From Betaproteobacteria bacterium (GTDB taxonomy: Bacteria > Pseudomonadota > Gammaproteobacteria > Burkholderiales > SG8-39): 64,000 nt of DNA. The notes under the pieces are model-generated. The model saw nothing but the letters and a program-made list of their open reading frames with translations, did not search any database and had not been told where the DNA came from. Both the position numbers and the translations under genes were made by a program. Each line of letters starts with the position of its first letter. Positions within the stretch are counted from its first letter, which is position 1. Location: NCBI GenBank assembly GCA_947478805.1, contig CANJXQ010000003.1:6994-70993 (forward strand), written 5' to 3'. Positions 56,932 through 64,000 of this stretch are shown here, in pieces.

Positions 56932-56981
56932 GTTCCGTACATCGGGATGGCGGGCCTGCCGCCGATGTCAAAGTACGGAAC
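56932..56981. promoter_or_regulatory. Pair of IclR-type operators in the P450/ferredoxin divergent region
   Basis: GTTCCG-TACAT-CGGGAT (56932-56948) and ATGTCA-AAGTA-CGGAAC (56965-56981). Confidence 0.72.
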
Positions 56982-57071
56982 TGTCTGGCCCATGCGTTTG
57001 ACGCGCACCGCCTGCCGCGGCACGATGGCCGTCAGACAGCAGCAGTGCGCTGCCGGCATGGAAACCAAATT

Positions 57072-57263
57072 ATGAAAATCGTCATTGACTGGGTTCGCTG
57101 CGAAGGCAATGGCGCCTGCGTCGTCGCCGCCCCCGAGCTCTTCGATATCGACAACGAGGACATGCTCATCGTTCTGGATGAGACGCCCTCCGAAGACAAG
57201 CGCGCCGCGCTGGAGCGGGCCGTTGCCAGCTGCCCGCGCCGCGCCATCGTCATAGAAGGCTGA
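57072..57263 (+). CDS. [3Fe-4S]-type ferredoxin
   Basis: 63 aa: MKIVIDWVRCEGNGACVVAAPELF...CPRRAI (CxxNxxC...CP). Hidden at the end of a long ORF call. Confidence 0.9.
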   Translation: MKIVIDWVRCEGNGACVVAAPELFDIDNEDMLIVLDETPSEDKRAALERAVASCPRRAIVIEG

Positions 57264-57269
57264 GTCCCG

Positions 57270-58505
57270 GTGGCCGGGCAGGCGCCGCCGCGAACCATTG
57301 CCATCGCGGGGGGCTCGCTGGCGGGCCTGAGCGCCGCCGAAGAACTCCGCGCGCAGGGCTTTGGCGAAAGCATCATCGTGGTCGGCCGCGAGCCGGAAAT
57401 GCCTTACGACCGGCCTCCCCTGTCCAAGCAGATGCTCAAGGGCGAGATGGCGGCCGATGCGCTGGCGCTGGCTTGCAAGCCCGATATGGACATCACCTGG
57501 CGGCTTGGAAAATCTGCAACCGGGCTGGACGTCGGGGCGCGGACGCTGACCCTGGACGATGGCGAAAGCCTGGCGTTCGACGGCCTCGTGATTGCAACGG
57601 GCGCGTCGCCACGCAGGCTGCCCTTCGGCGGGCTGGCGGGCATGCACGTGCTGCGCACCCGCCAGGACGCCGAGCAGCTCAAGGCGGACCTGGACCGTCA
57701 GCCAGCCCGTGTGGTGGTGATTGGCGGCGGCTTCATCGGCGCGGAGATCGCGGCGACCTGCCGCGCATTGAACATCGCGGTCACCATCGTCGAGCCGCTG
57801 CCTGGCCTGCTGATCCGTGCGCTGGGGCCAATGGTGTCCGAACTGGTGGGCAATATCCACCGCGACCAGGGTGTCGAACTGAGGACAGGCACGCAGGCAT
57901 TCGATGCGCTGGCCGACGGGGCCGGCCGGGTGCGCGCCATCCGCCTGTCGGATGGGACCGAGATTGAAACGGACGTGGTCGTGGTCGCGGTGGGCGTTGT
58001 CCCGGAGACGCATTGGCTTGAAGGCTCCGGCCTGGACATCAGCGACGGCGTGCTGTGCGACGCCACCTGCCTGGCGGCGCCGGGCATTGCGGCCGCCGGC
58101 GACATCGCCCGCTGGCCGAACACAAGGTTCGATGAGTGCAGGCGCGTGGAGCATTGGGACAACGCGATCCAGCAGGGACGCTACGCGGCACGCCGGCTTC
58201 TCGCAGATGAATCTGCGACGACAGAGCCTTACACGCCGGTTCCATGGGTCTGGTCCGACCAGTTCGGCCTGAAGCTACAGGTCTATGGTTCGACGGTGCT
58301 GCACGACGAATTGCGCTTCGTCGATGGCCCGACAGATGACCACAAGTTCGTGGCGCTCTACAGGCGCGGCGGCCGTCTCGCCGGCGTGGCAGGAATCGGC
58401 AAGGTGCGCAGCCTGCTTGGCTATCGCCGCATGCTCGAAGCAGGGACCTCTTGGGACGATGCCACCAGCGCAACCAGCGCGAGCGCACAAGGCACAGCGC
58501 AATGA
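57270..58505 (+). CDS. FAD-dependent ferredoxin reductase (putidaredoxin-reductase-like)
   Basis: GGSLAG, PYDRPPLSK, ATG, GGGFIGAE, AAGD, VEHWDNA, WSDQ. Confidence 0.95.
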   Translation: MAGQAPPRTIAIAGGSLAGLSAAEELRAQGFGESIIVVGREPEMPYDRPPLSKQMLKGEMAADALALACKPDMDITWRLGKSATGLDVGARTLTLDDGESLAFDGLVIATGASPRRLPFGGLAGMHVLRTRQDAEQLKADLDRQPARVVVIGGGFIGAEIAATCRALNIAVTIVEPLPGLLIRALGPMVSELVGNIHRDQGVELRTGTQAFDALADGAGRVRAIRLSDGTEIETDVVVVAVGVVPETHWLEGSGLDISDGVLCDATCLAAPGIAAAGDIARWPNTRFDECRRVEHWDNAIQQGRYAARRLLADESATTEPYTPVPWVWSDQFGLKLQVYGSTVLHDELRFVDGPTDDHKFVALYRRGGRLAGVAGIGKVRSLLGYRRMLEAGTSWDDATSATSASAQGTAQ

Positions 58506-59593
58506 GCGCAACAGATAAACCGGCAAGCGAGGCCTGGAACTTCTGGCAGACGCTGGAGGTCCTGAACCAACGCTACAGCCAGCAGCCGCCCGAAGAAATC
58601 CTGTTCCCCAGCCTCGCGATCATCGACGCGCACCACCACCTCTACGACCGCGCCGACCTTCCGGGCCAGCGCTACCTCTTCGACGATTTCCTTGCCGACC
58701 TCGATTGCGGCCACAACATCATCGCGACCGTCTTTGCCGAGTGCTCCACGATGTGGCGCGCCGGCGGCGATGAGGCAATGCGGCCGATCGGCGAGATCGA
58801 ATTCGCCAACGGCGTTGCCGCGATGAGCGAGAGCGGCCGCTACGGACCGGTGCGCGTGATCGCCGGCATCGTCGGTTTCGCGGATTTGCGCCTGGGCGAT
58901 GGCGTCGACCGTGTGCTGGACGCCTATGAGGCGCGCGCGGGCGGCAGGGTCCGGGGCATCCGCAACCGCGCCCAGTACGAGCCGCGTATCGGCGACACCG
59001 GCACACTGGTGCCGTCCAGAGACCTCATGAAGAACCCTGCATTCCGCCAGGGCTTGAAGCGCCTGGCGGCGCGCGGGATGAGCTATGACTCGTGGCACTT
59101 CCATCCGCAGATCCTGGACTTTCGCGACCTCGCGCGCGCCGTGCCAGAAGCAACCATGGTGGCCTGCCACTTCAGCGCGCCACTGGGCGTGGGGCCCTTT
59201 ACCGGCTGCCGGGATGACGTGTTCGCCGACTGGAAGCGGGACATGGCGCAGCTCGCGCAGTGCCCCAATGTGCATGTGAAGCTCGGCGGCCTGGGCATGC
59301 CGCTGTCGGGCCTGGGATTCAACGACCGTGCGGTGCCGGCAACTTCGCAGGAACTGGCCGCAGCCTGGGCACCGTACGTCGAAACGACGATCGAATTGTT
59401 CGGCGTGGACCGCTGCATGTTCGAAAGCAATTTCCCGCCGGACAAGCAATCGTGCAGCTACCAGGTGCTCTGGAACACCTTCAAGCGGATCACCAGCGGG
59501 TGCGGCGCTGCCGAGCGCGAGCGTCTTTTCTCTGGTACGGCAAATTCCGTCTACCGGCTGGCCATTTCAAAATCAACCGGAGACATTGCATGA
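58502..59593 (+). CDS. Amidohydrolase_2 family protein (COG3618 lactonase-like), paralog B
   Basis: IIDAHHHL, RGIR, KLGGLGM, FGVDRCMFESNFPPDK. ATGA overlap start at 58502. Confidence 0.92.
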   Translation: MSATDKPASEAWNFWQTLEVLNQRYSQQPPEEILFPSLAIIDAHHHLYDRADLPGQRYLFDDFLADLDCGHNIIATVFAECSTMWRAGGDEAMRPIGEIEFANGVAAMSESGRYGPVRVIAGIVGFADLRLGDGVDRVLDAYEARAGGRVRGIRNRAQYEPRIGDTGTLVPSRDLMKNPAFRQGLKRLAARGMSYDSWHFHPQILDFRDLARAVPEATMVACHFSAPLGVGPFTGCRDDVFADWKRDMAQLAQCPNVHVKLGGLGMPLSGLGFNDRAVPATSQELAAAWAPYVETTIELFGVDRCMFESNFPPDKQSCSYQVLWNTFKRITSGCGAAERERLFSGTANSVYRLAISKSTGDIA

Positions 59594-60576
59594 AACGAAC
59601 CATCAATCGCATGGGCACACTGCTGCTGGCCACAGCCGCAGCGGCGGCCCTGCTGCCGACAGCGGCTGTGGCGCAGGACTATCCCTCGCGCGCCATCAAG
59701 ATCATCGTGCCGGCGCCGCCTGGTGGATCGACCGACGTGATGACGCGCGTGCTGGCAAAGGTGATGGGCGAGCAGAACAACGTCCCCGTCGTCGTGGAAA
59801 ACCGCGCGGGCGCGGCCGGCTCCATTGGCGTGCAGTCCGTGATCGCCGCGCCGCCCGACGGCTATACGCTGGTGATGTCCGCCGCCGATGCGACCACCAT
59901 CTTTCCGATGATGAAAAAGGTGCCGCCCTACCGCGTGGACCAGAACCTCACTGCGCTCGCGCAGATTGCCTACACCGACTTCCTCTTCGCGGTGCCCGCG
60001 AATTCGCCCTACACAACGCTGCGGGATCTGCTGGAAGCGTCGAAGACGAAAAAGATGGCTTACAGTTCCAACGGCCATGGGAGCGGCAACCACCTGTGGA
60101 TGGAGCTGTTCCTGGCCAAGACCGGCTACAACAAGGTCCTGCATGTCCCGTACAAGGGAGCGGCGCCCGCGGTGCAGGGCCTGCTGGCAGGTGAAACCGA
60201 CCTGATGATCACCTCGCCGGCCAGCGGCAGGGCCATGTTCGAGGCCGGGCGGATGAAACCGCTCGTGACCTCCAGCCCGACCCGGCTGGCCTCCTATCCC
60301 AACGTCCCCACATTTGCGCAGGCCGGCTTTCCTGCCCTGGTCATGGGCGCCTGGTTCGGCGTGTTCGGTCCGGCCGGCATGAGCCCGGCCCTAGCCGACA
60401 AGCTGCACACGATGCTCGTCAATGCCACGACGTCTGCGGAGTACCAGAAGCAGGCCGGCGTGTTTTCCTTCAATACCCAGCCCGTGTCGCGCGCCGCATT
60501 CGCCAAGTTGGTGCTCGACGATGCAGTCCTGCTCAAGGCGGCAATCGATGCGGCGCAGATTCCGCTGGAAGACTGA
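59590..60576 (+). CDS. Bug/TctC receptor
   Basis: YPSRAIKIIVPAPPGGSTD, ENRAGAAG, PDGYTL, HVPYKG. ATGA overlap start. Confidence 0.94.
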   Translation: MKRTINRMGTLLLATAAAAALLPTAAVAQDYPSRAIKIIVPAPPGGSTDVMTRVLAKVMGEQNNVPVVVENRAGAAGSIGVQSVIAAPPDGYTLVMSAADATTIFPMMKKVPPYRVDQNLTALAQIAYTDFLFAVPANSPYTTLRDLLEASKTKKMAYSSNGHGSGNHLWMELFLAKTGYNKVLHVPYKGAAPAVQGLLAGETDLMITSPASGRAMFEAGRMKPLVTSSPTRLASYPNVPTFAQAGFPALVMGAWFGVFGPAGMSPALADKLHTMLVNATTSAEYQKQAGVFSFNTQPVSRAAFAKLVLDDAVLLKAAIDAAQIPLED

Positions 60577-60594
60577 CGATCGGCCTACGCGAGA

Positions 60595-61818
60595 TCAGTT
60601 GGAGGCCGCGCGCAGTTTCTTCACCACCTCTTCCGACGGCCGGCTGCGCGCCCCCGGAATCACTTCCGACAGTTCCAGCACAGGCTGCCCGAATTCCTGG
60701 CTCTGAACGACCTTTCCGATGAACGTGGGCGCCTCGGCCTGGTGATCGAACTTGCCAAGGCGCAGCGCCCCCCTGGGTGACTTGAACGTCTGCGATTCGA
60801 TCGCGGCCATGACCTTGTCCGCTTCAATCGACTTTGCCGCATTGGCCGCCTGCGCCCACACCGAAATGCAGTCATACGCGAGCGTGGACCAGTCGGACGG
60901 GTACTCGCCATTCTTGGCCTTGAAGGTGTCCACGAAGGTCTTGCCATCCGCACTCTTGGCCAGCACATTCACCGCCGCAACCTGAAAGCCGTCGGTGCCC
61001 ACCGGTGCGCCCGCGCCCATCGCCTTCAGTGTGTTGCCATCGTAGAGGCCGCTGATCCTGTTGTTGATCTGCTGGAAGAAGCCGACCGCCTGCGCCTGCT
61101 TGGAGAACGTAAGCAGGTCGATGCCGAACAGCATGGTGAACACATAATCGGGCTTTGCGGCCAGTACCTTGTTGATCGTCGGCGTGAAATCAGTGGCGCC
61201 AAACTTCGGATATTCCTCGACGACAATTTCAGCCTGCGGGTTGTACTCCTTGATGAATTCCTTGAAGCGATTGGCACCGCTGCGGCCGCCCAGGAAGTCA
61301 GCTGCCACGACGCCATAGCGCTTGTAGGGCTGCTTGGCCAGGTGTGCAGCCACCGAGCGATAGACCATGTAGCTGTTTGGGCCGATGCCGAAAACGTAAG
61401 GGTTGTATTCCTTGATCGTGAGGTCGTCGCTCGATGAAGTACTTGCGCACATGGGAATCTTTTCCTTGGCTGCGACGACCTTGCTCACGGCGATGGAGCC
61501 CGCCGATGACGCGGTCATGAGGAACTTCACGCCGTCCTTGGCCATGGCGCTGGCCTGTAGTACCGCCTTCTGCGGGTTGGTGCCATTGTCCTGGTGCGTG
61601 AGCACGATCGGACGCCCGAGGACCCCGCCATTGCGATTGACGAACTCGACGGCGAATTGCGCACCCGCGAGCGCGTCGCGCGAGACGTCGGCAGCAGCGC
61701 CGCTCAGTTCGAGCGTCGCGCCAATCGAAATTGGCTCGCCGCGCGCAGCCTGCGCGCCCACCCACCCGGTGGAAAATGCCGCAAGCGCGCCGATGAACAA
61801 AGGGATATAGCGTTGCAT
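60595..61818 (-). CDS. Liv-type ABC substrate-binding protein, paralog C
   Basis: Paralog of the 26223 and 29608 genes (IVVEEYPKFGATDF, YPSDW, DHQAE). Start MQRYIP at 61818 after GAAGGAG. Confidence 0.92.
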   Translation of the reverse strand: MQRYIPLFIGALAAFSTGWVGAQAARGEPISIGATLELSGAAADVSRDALAGAQFAVEFVNRNGGVLGRPIVLTHQDNGTNPQKAVLQASAMAKDGVKFLMTASSAGSIAVSKVVAAKEKIPMCASTSSSDDLTIKEYNPYVFGIGPNSYMVYRSVAAHLAKQPYKRYGVVAADFLGGRSGANRFKEFIKEYNPQAEIVVEEYPKFGATDFTPTINKVLAAKPDYVFTMLFGIDLLTFSKQAQAVGFFQQINNRISGLYDGNTLKAMGAGAPVGTDGFQVAAVNVLAKSADGKTFVDTFKAKNGEYPSDWSTLAYDCISVWAQAANAAKSIEADKVMAAIESQTFKSPRGALRLGKFDHQAEAPTFIGKVVQSQEFGQPVLELSEVIPGARSRPSEEVVKKLRAASN

Positions 61819-61847
61819 AAAGTCTCCTTCTTTAAAGATTGAAATAA

Positions 61848-62834
61848 TCAGTTGACCACCACCATTTTTCCCAAAACCCGCCGCGTTGCAAGCAGCGCAT
61901 AGGCCGCCTTCAAGTCGCTCATCGGCAAGACCCGGTCGATCACCGGCCTGAGCTTTCCCTGCGCGTACCACTGCGCGAGTTCCTCTACCACCGCCGCGCT
62001 GCCCTGTGGGTCTTTGCGCACATGCCCGCCCCACACCACACCGACGATGGACGCGCCCTTGAGCAAGGGCAGGTTCAGCGGAATCTTCGGGATCGCCCCC
62101 GCCGCGAACCCCACGACGAGATAGCGGCCGCGCCAGGCGATGGAGCGGAATGCCGGCTCCGCCAGGGCGCCGCCCATGGGGTCGTAGATGACATCGAGGT
62201 CCGTGCCTGCCAGCGCTTCGCGCAGCGCTGCGCGAAACGCCTCAGGATCTGTCGCGTCACCATAGTTGATGGTGGCATCCGCGCCAAGCGATTTGCACAT
62301 CTCGCACTTTTCGTCGCTGGACGCGGCAGCGATGACCTTGGCCCCTGCCACCTTGGCGATCTCGACCGCCGCGCTGCCCACGCCCCCGGCCGCGCCCAGG
62401 ACGAGCACTGTTTCCCCGGGCTTCAATTCCCCCCGGTCCATCAGCGCGTGATGACTGGTGCCATAGGTGACGAAAAACGCCGCGGCATGGACATGCGTGA
62501 ATGCATCGGGCATGGCAACGCACAGGGACGCCGAGGTCACCGCGTGCGTGCCAAAGCCGCCCGAGCCGGAGCGTGCGGCCACGCTCTGCCCCACCTTGAA
62601 CTGCGTCACGCCCTCGCCCACCGCGGTGATGACGCCAGCGTACTCGATACCCGGTGTGAAGGGCAGCGGCGGCTTGAACTGGTACTTGTTCTCGACCATC
62701 AGAATGTCGGGGAAGTTCAGGCTGGCCGCCTTCACTTCGAGCAGCACCTCGCCCACGCCCGGCTTGGGTGTCGGGAGTTCGCGCCATTGCAGCGCGTCCA
62801 CACCAATGGGGTTGTCGCATACCCAGGCATGCAT
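61848..62834 (-). CDS. NADPH:quinone oxidoreductase (zeta-crystallin/MDR family)
   Basis: AASLNFPD, PPLPFTPG.E, GAAGGVG, GRYLVVGFAAG. Confidence 0.94.
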   Translation of the reverse strand: MHAWVCDNPIGVDALQWRELPTPKPGVGEVLLEVKAASLNFPDILMVENKYQFKPPLPFTPGIEYAGVITAVGEGVTQFKVGQSVAARSGSGGFGTHAVTSASLCVAMPDAFTHVHAAAFFVTYGTSHHALMDRGELKPGETVLVLGAAGGVGSAAVEIAKVAGAKVIAAASSDEKCEMCKSLGADATINYGDATDPEAFRAALREALAGTDLDVIYDPMGGALAEPAFRSIAWRGRYLVVGFAAGAIPKIPLNLPLLKGASIVGVVWGGHVRKDPQGSAAVVEELAQWYAQGKLRPVIDRVLPMSDLKAAYALLATRRVLGKMVVVN

Positions 62835-62851
62835 GCTCTATCTCCTTTCTT

Positions 62852-64000
62852 TCAGGCGCCCGGCTGCTTGCCGAACGCGCCCAAGTCGCGCAGCCGCGCC
62901 ACGTCGGCCTGCGAAAATCCAAGGTCGGCGAGCCACGCCTGCGTGTCCGCGCCCAGCATGGGCGAAGGGCCCGGCACACGCGCCGGACTGCGCTCCAGTG
63001 TGAAGGGCACGTTGGCTGTCGTGTAGCGACCCAATGTCGGATGATCCAGTTCCACCACCATGTCGTTCTCGCGCACCTGTGGATCGTCCAGCACTTCATG
63101 CGGCAGCTTGTGCCGCATGCAGGGCACTTTGGCATCGCCGAGCAAGGTCTGCCATTCCTGAGTGGTCCGCTGCGCGAAGAGATGCTCGGCCCGGTTGACG
63201 AGGGCCTGCCATCCCGCGCTTGCATGGCGTGGACACTGGTCCAAGGGAGGCAGGCCGAGCGCCAAATGCAAGCGCTGGCGCAGGCCCGGGCTGAGCGCTC
63301 CGACCGCGATCGTACCGTCGGCAGTCGTGAAGTGGCGAAAGTACATGTCGAAGATGCCGCCTCCGCGCTTCCAGTAGGCTTCCCAAGCGCGCCTCTGTTC
63401 GCGCGGACTGGCGCCCCGCTCCCGTAGCCCGGCGAGTTGCTCGCCGAATTCCTTCTCGCGCGCGGGATCGACCTCTTCGAATCGCGATGCGAACGACAGC
63501 TCCAATGAAAGAGCCGTTGCAAGCAACGAGGTCAATACCCGCTGACCTTCCCCGGTCTGGTCCCGGTGGCGCAGCGCGCACAGCAGCGCGACTGTGGAAC
63601 TGAGCCCTGTGGCGGCGTCCGTATAGGCGGGGATGACGGGTTCTGGCGCCGACCCATCGTCGCGCGCCGTGAGAAACGTCAACCCAGACAAGGCGGAGGC
63701 AAGGATGTCGTATCCCCCCAGGTGTGCGTCCGGCCCCCTGGCGCCAAAGGCGGAAGTCTCCAGATAGATCAGGCGCGGGTTCAGCGCCGAAAGTCGCTCG
63801 TAATCGATGCCGTAGCGCGCCAGGTCCGGCTGCTTCATGCCGGTCAGCACGAAGTCCGCCCAGAGCGCGAGCGCATCGATCACCGGCCGCGCATGCGGCG
63901 AGCCGATGTCCAGTTCGACGCTGCGCTTGCCCGGGTTGATCGTGGCGAATGGACGGGACTCCAGCGGGGCATGCAGATTGTCCATGTGGCGCTGCGACTC
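62852..64000 (-). CDS. CoA-transferase family III (CaiB/BaiF), 5' part outside the window
   Basis: NPGKRSVELD, NPRLIY, GYDILASA, YTDAATG, P.LGADT. The frame stays open to the window edge (ESQRH before the M at 63985). Confidence 0.9.
   Translation of the reverse strand, partial: ESQRHMDNLHAPLESRPFATINPGKRSVELDIGSPHARPVIDALALWADFVLTGMKQPDLARYGIDYERLSALNPRLIYLETSAFGARGPDAHLGGYDILASALSGLTFLTARDDGSAPEPVIPAYTDAATGLSSTVALLCALRHRDQTGEGQRVLTSLLATALSLELSFASRFEEVDPAREKEFGEQLAGLRERGASPREQRRAWEAYWKRGGGIFDMYFRHFTTADGTIAVGALSPGLRQRLHLALGLPPLDQCPRHASAGWQALVNRAEHLFAQRTTQEWQTLLGDAKVPCMRHKLPHEVLDDPQVRENDMVVELDHPTLGRYTTANVPFTLERSPARVPGPSPMLGADTQAWLADLGFSQADVARLRDLGAFGKQPGA

Noticed and set aside
56052-57263. 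403-aa ORF ending in a ferredoxin motif
   Set aside because: Only the last 63 codons (from 57072) are the ferredoxin. The rest is antisense to the P450.
55605-58154. 849-aa ORF suggesting a giant P450 fusion
   Set aside because: The N-terminal ~440 aa is the antisense shadow of the ferredoxin and reductase genes plus the promoter region. The P450 fold begins at Met 56837.
1-64000. CRISPR arrays, tRNA/rRNA, IS elements, integrases, defence or phage genes
   Set aside because: No regularly spaced repeats, RNA-gene signatures or recombinase/transposase motifs were seen. Intergenic gaps are all under about 250 bp.

Overview
GC-rich, gene-dense window with the gene content of a Burkholderiales/Comamonadaceae catabolic island; the taxon is an inference from the many Bug/TctC receptors and one REP-like element. 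I support about 61 CDSs, almost all catabolic or transport genes. Acyl-CoA chemistry: four CoA-transferase family III proteins, an acetyl-CoA hydrolase/transferase, a CitE-like lyase cut by the left edge, an acyl-CoA ligase, a thiolase, an acyl-CoA dehydrogenase, a double-MaoC hydratase and two MmgE/PrpD proteins. Oxygenation and hydrolysis: a Baeyer-Villiger monooxygenase, two cytochrome P450 systems and three lactonase-like hydrolases. Transport: a TRAP system, three Liv-type ABC clusters, three orphan paralogous binding proteins, five Bug receptors and an MFS protein. I found no tRNA, rRNA, CRISPR array or mobile element. The most striking unannotated structure is regulatory. (1) Eleven copies of an IclR-type box, GTTCCG-N5-YGRNNN, sit in every divergent promoter region from 10.7 to 57 kb, beside a tandem IclR gene pair. 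(2) Four 66-bp LysR-type promoter cassettes with identical spacing lie at 3.7-10.8 kb. Together they suggest one co-regulated oxygenase, lactone and CoA degradation system whose substrate cannot be read from the sequence.
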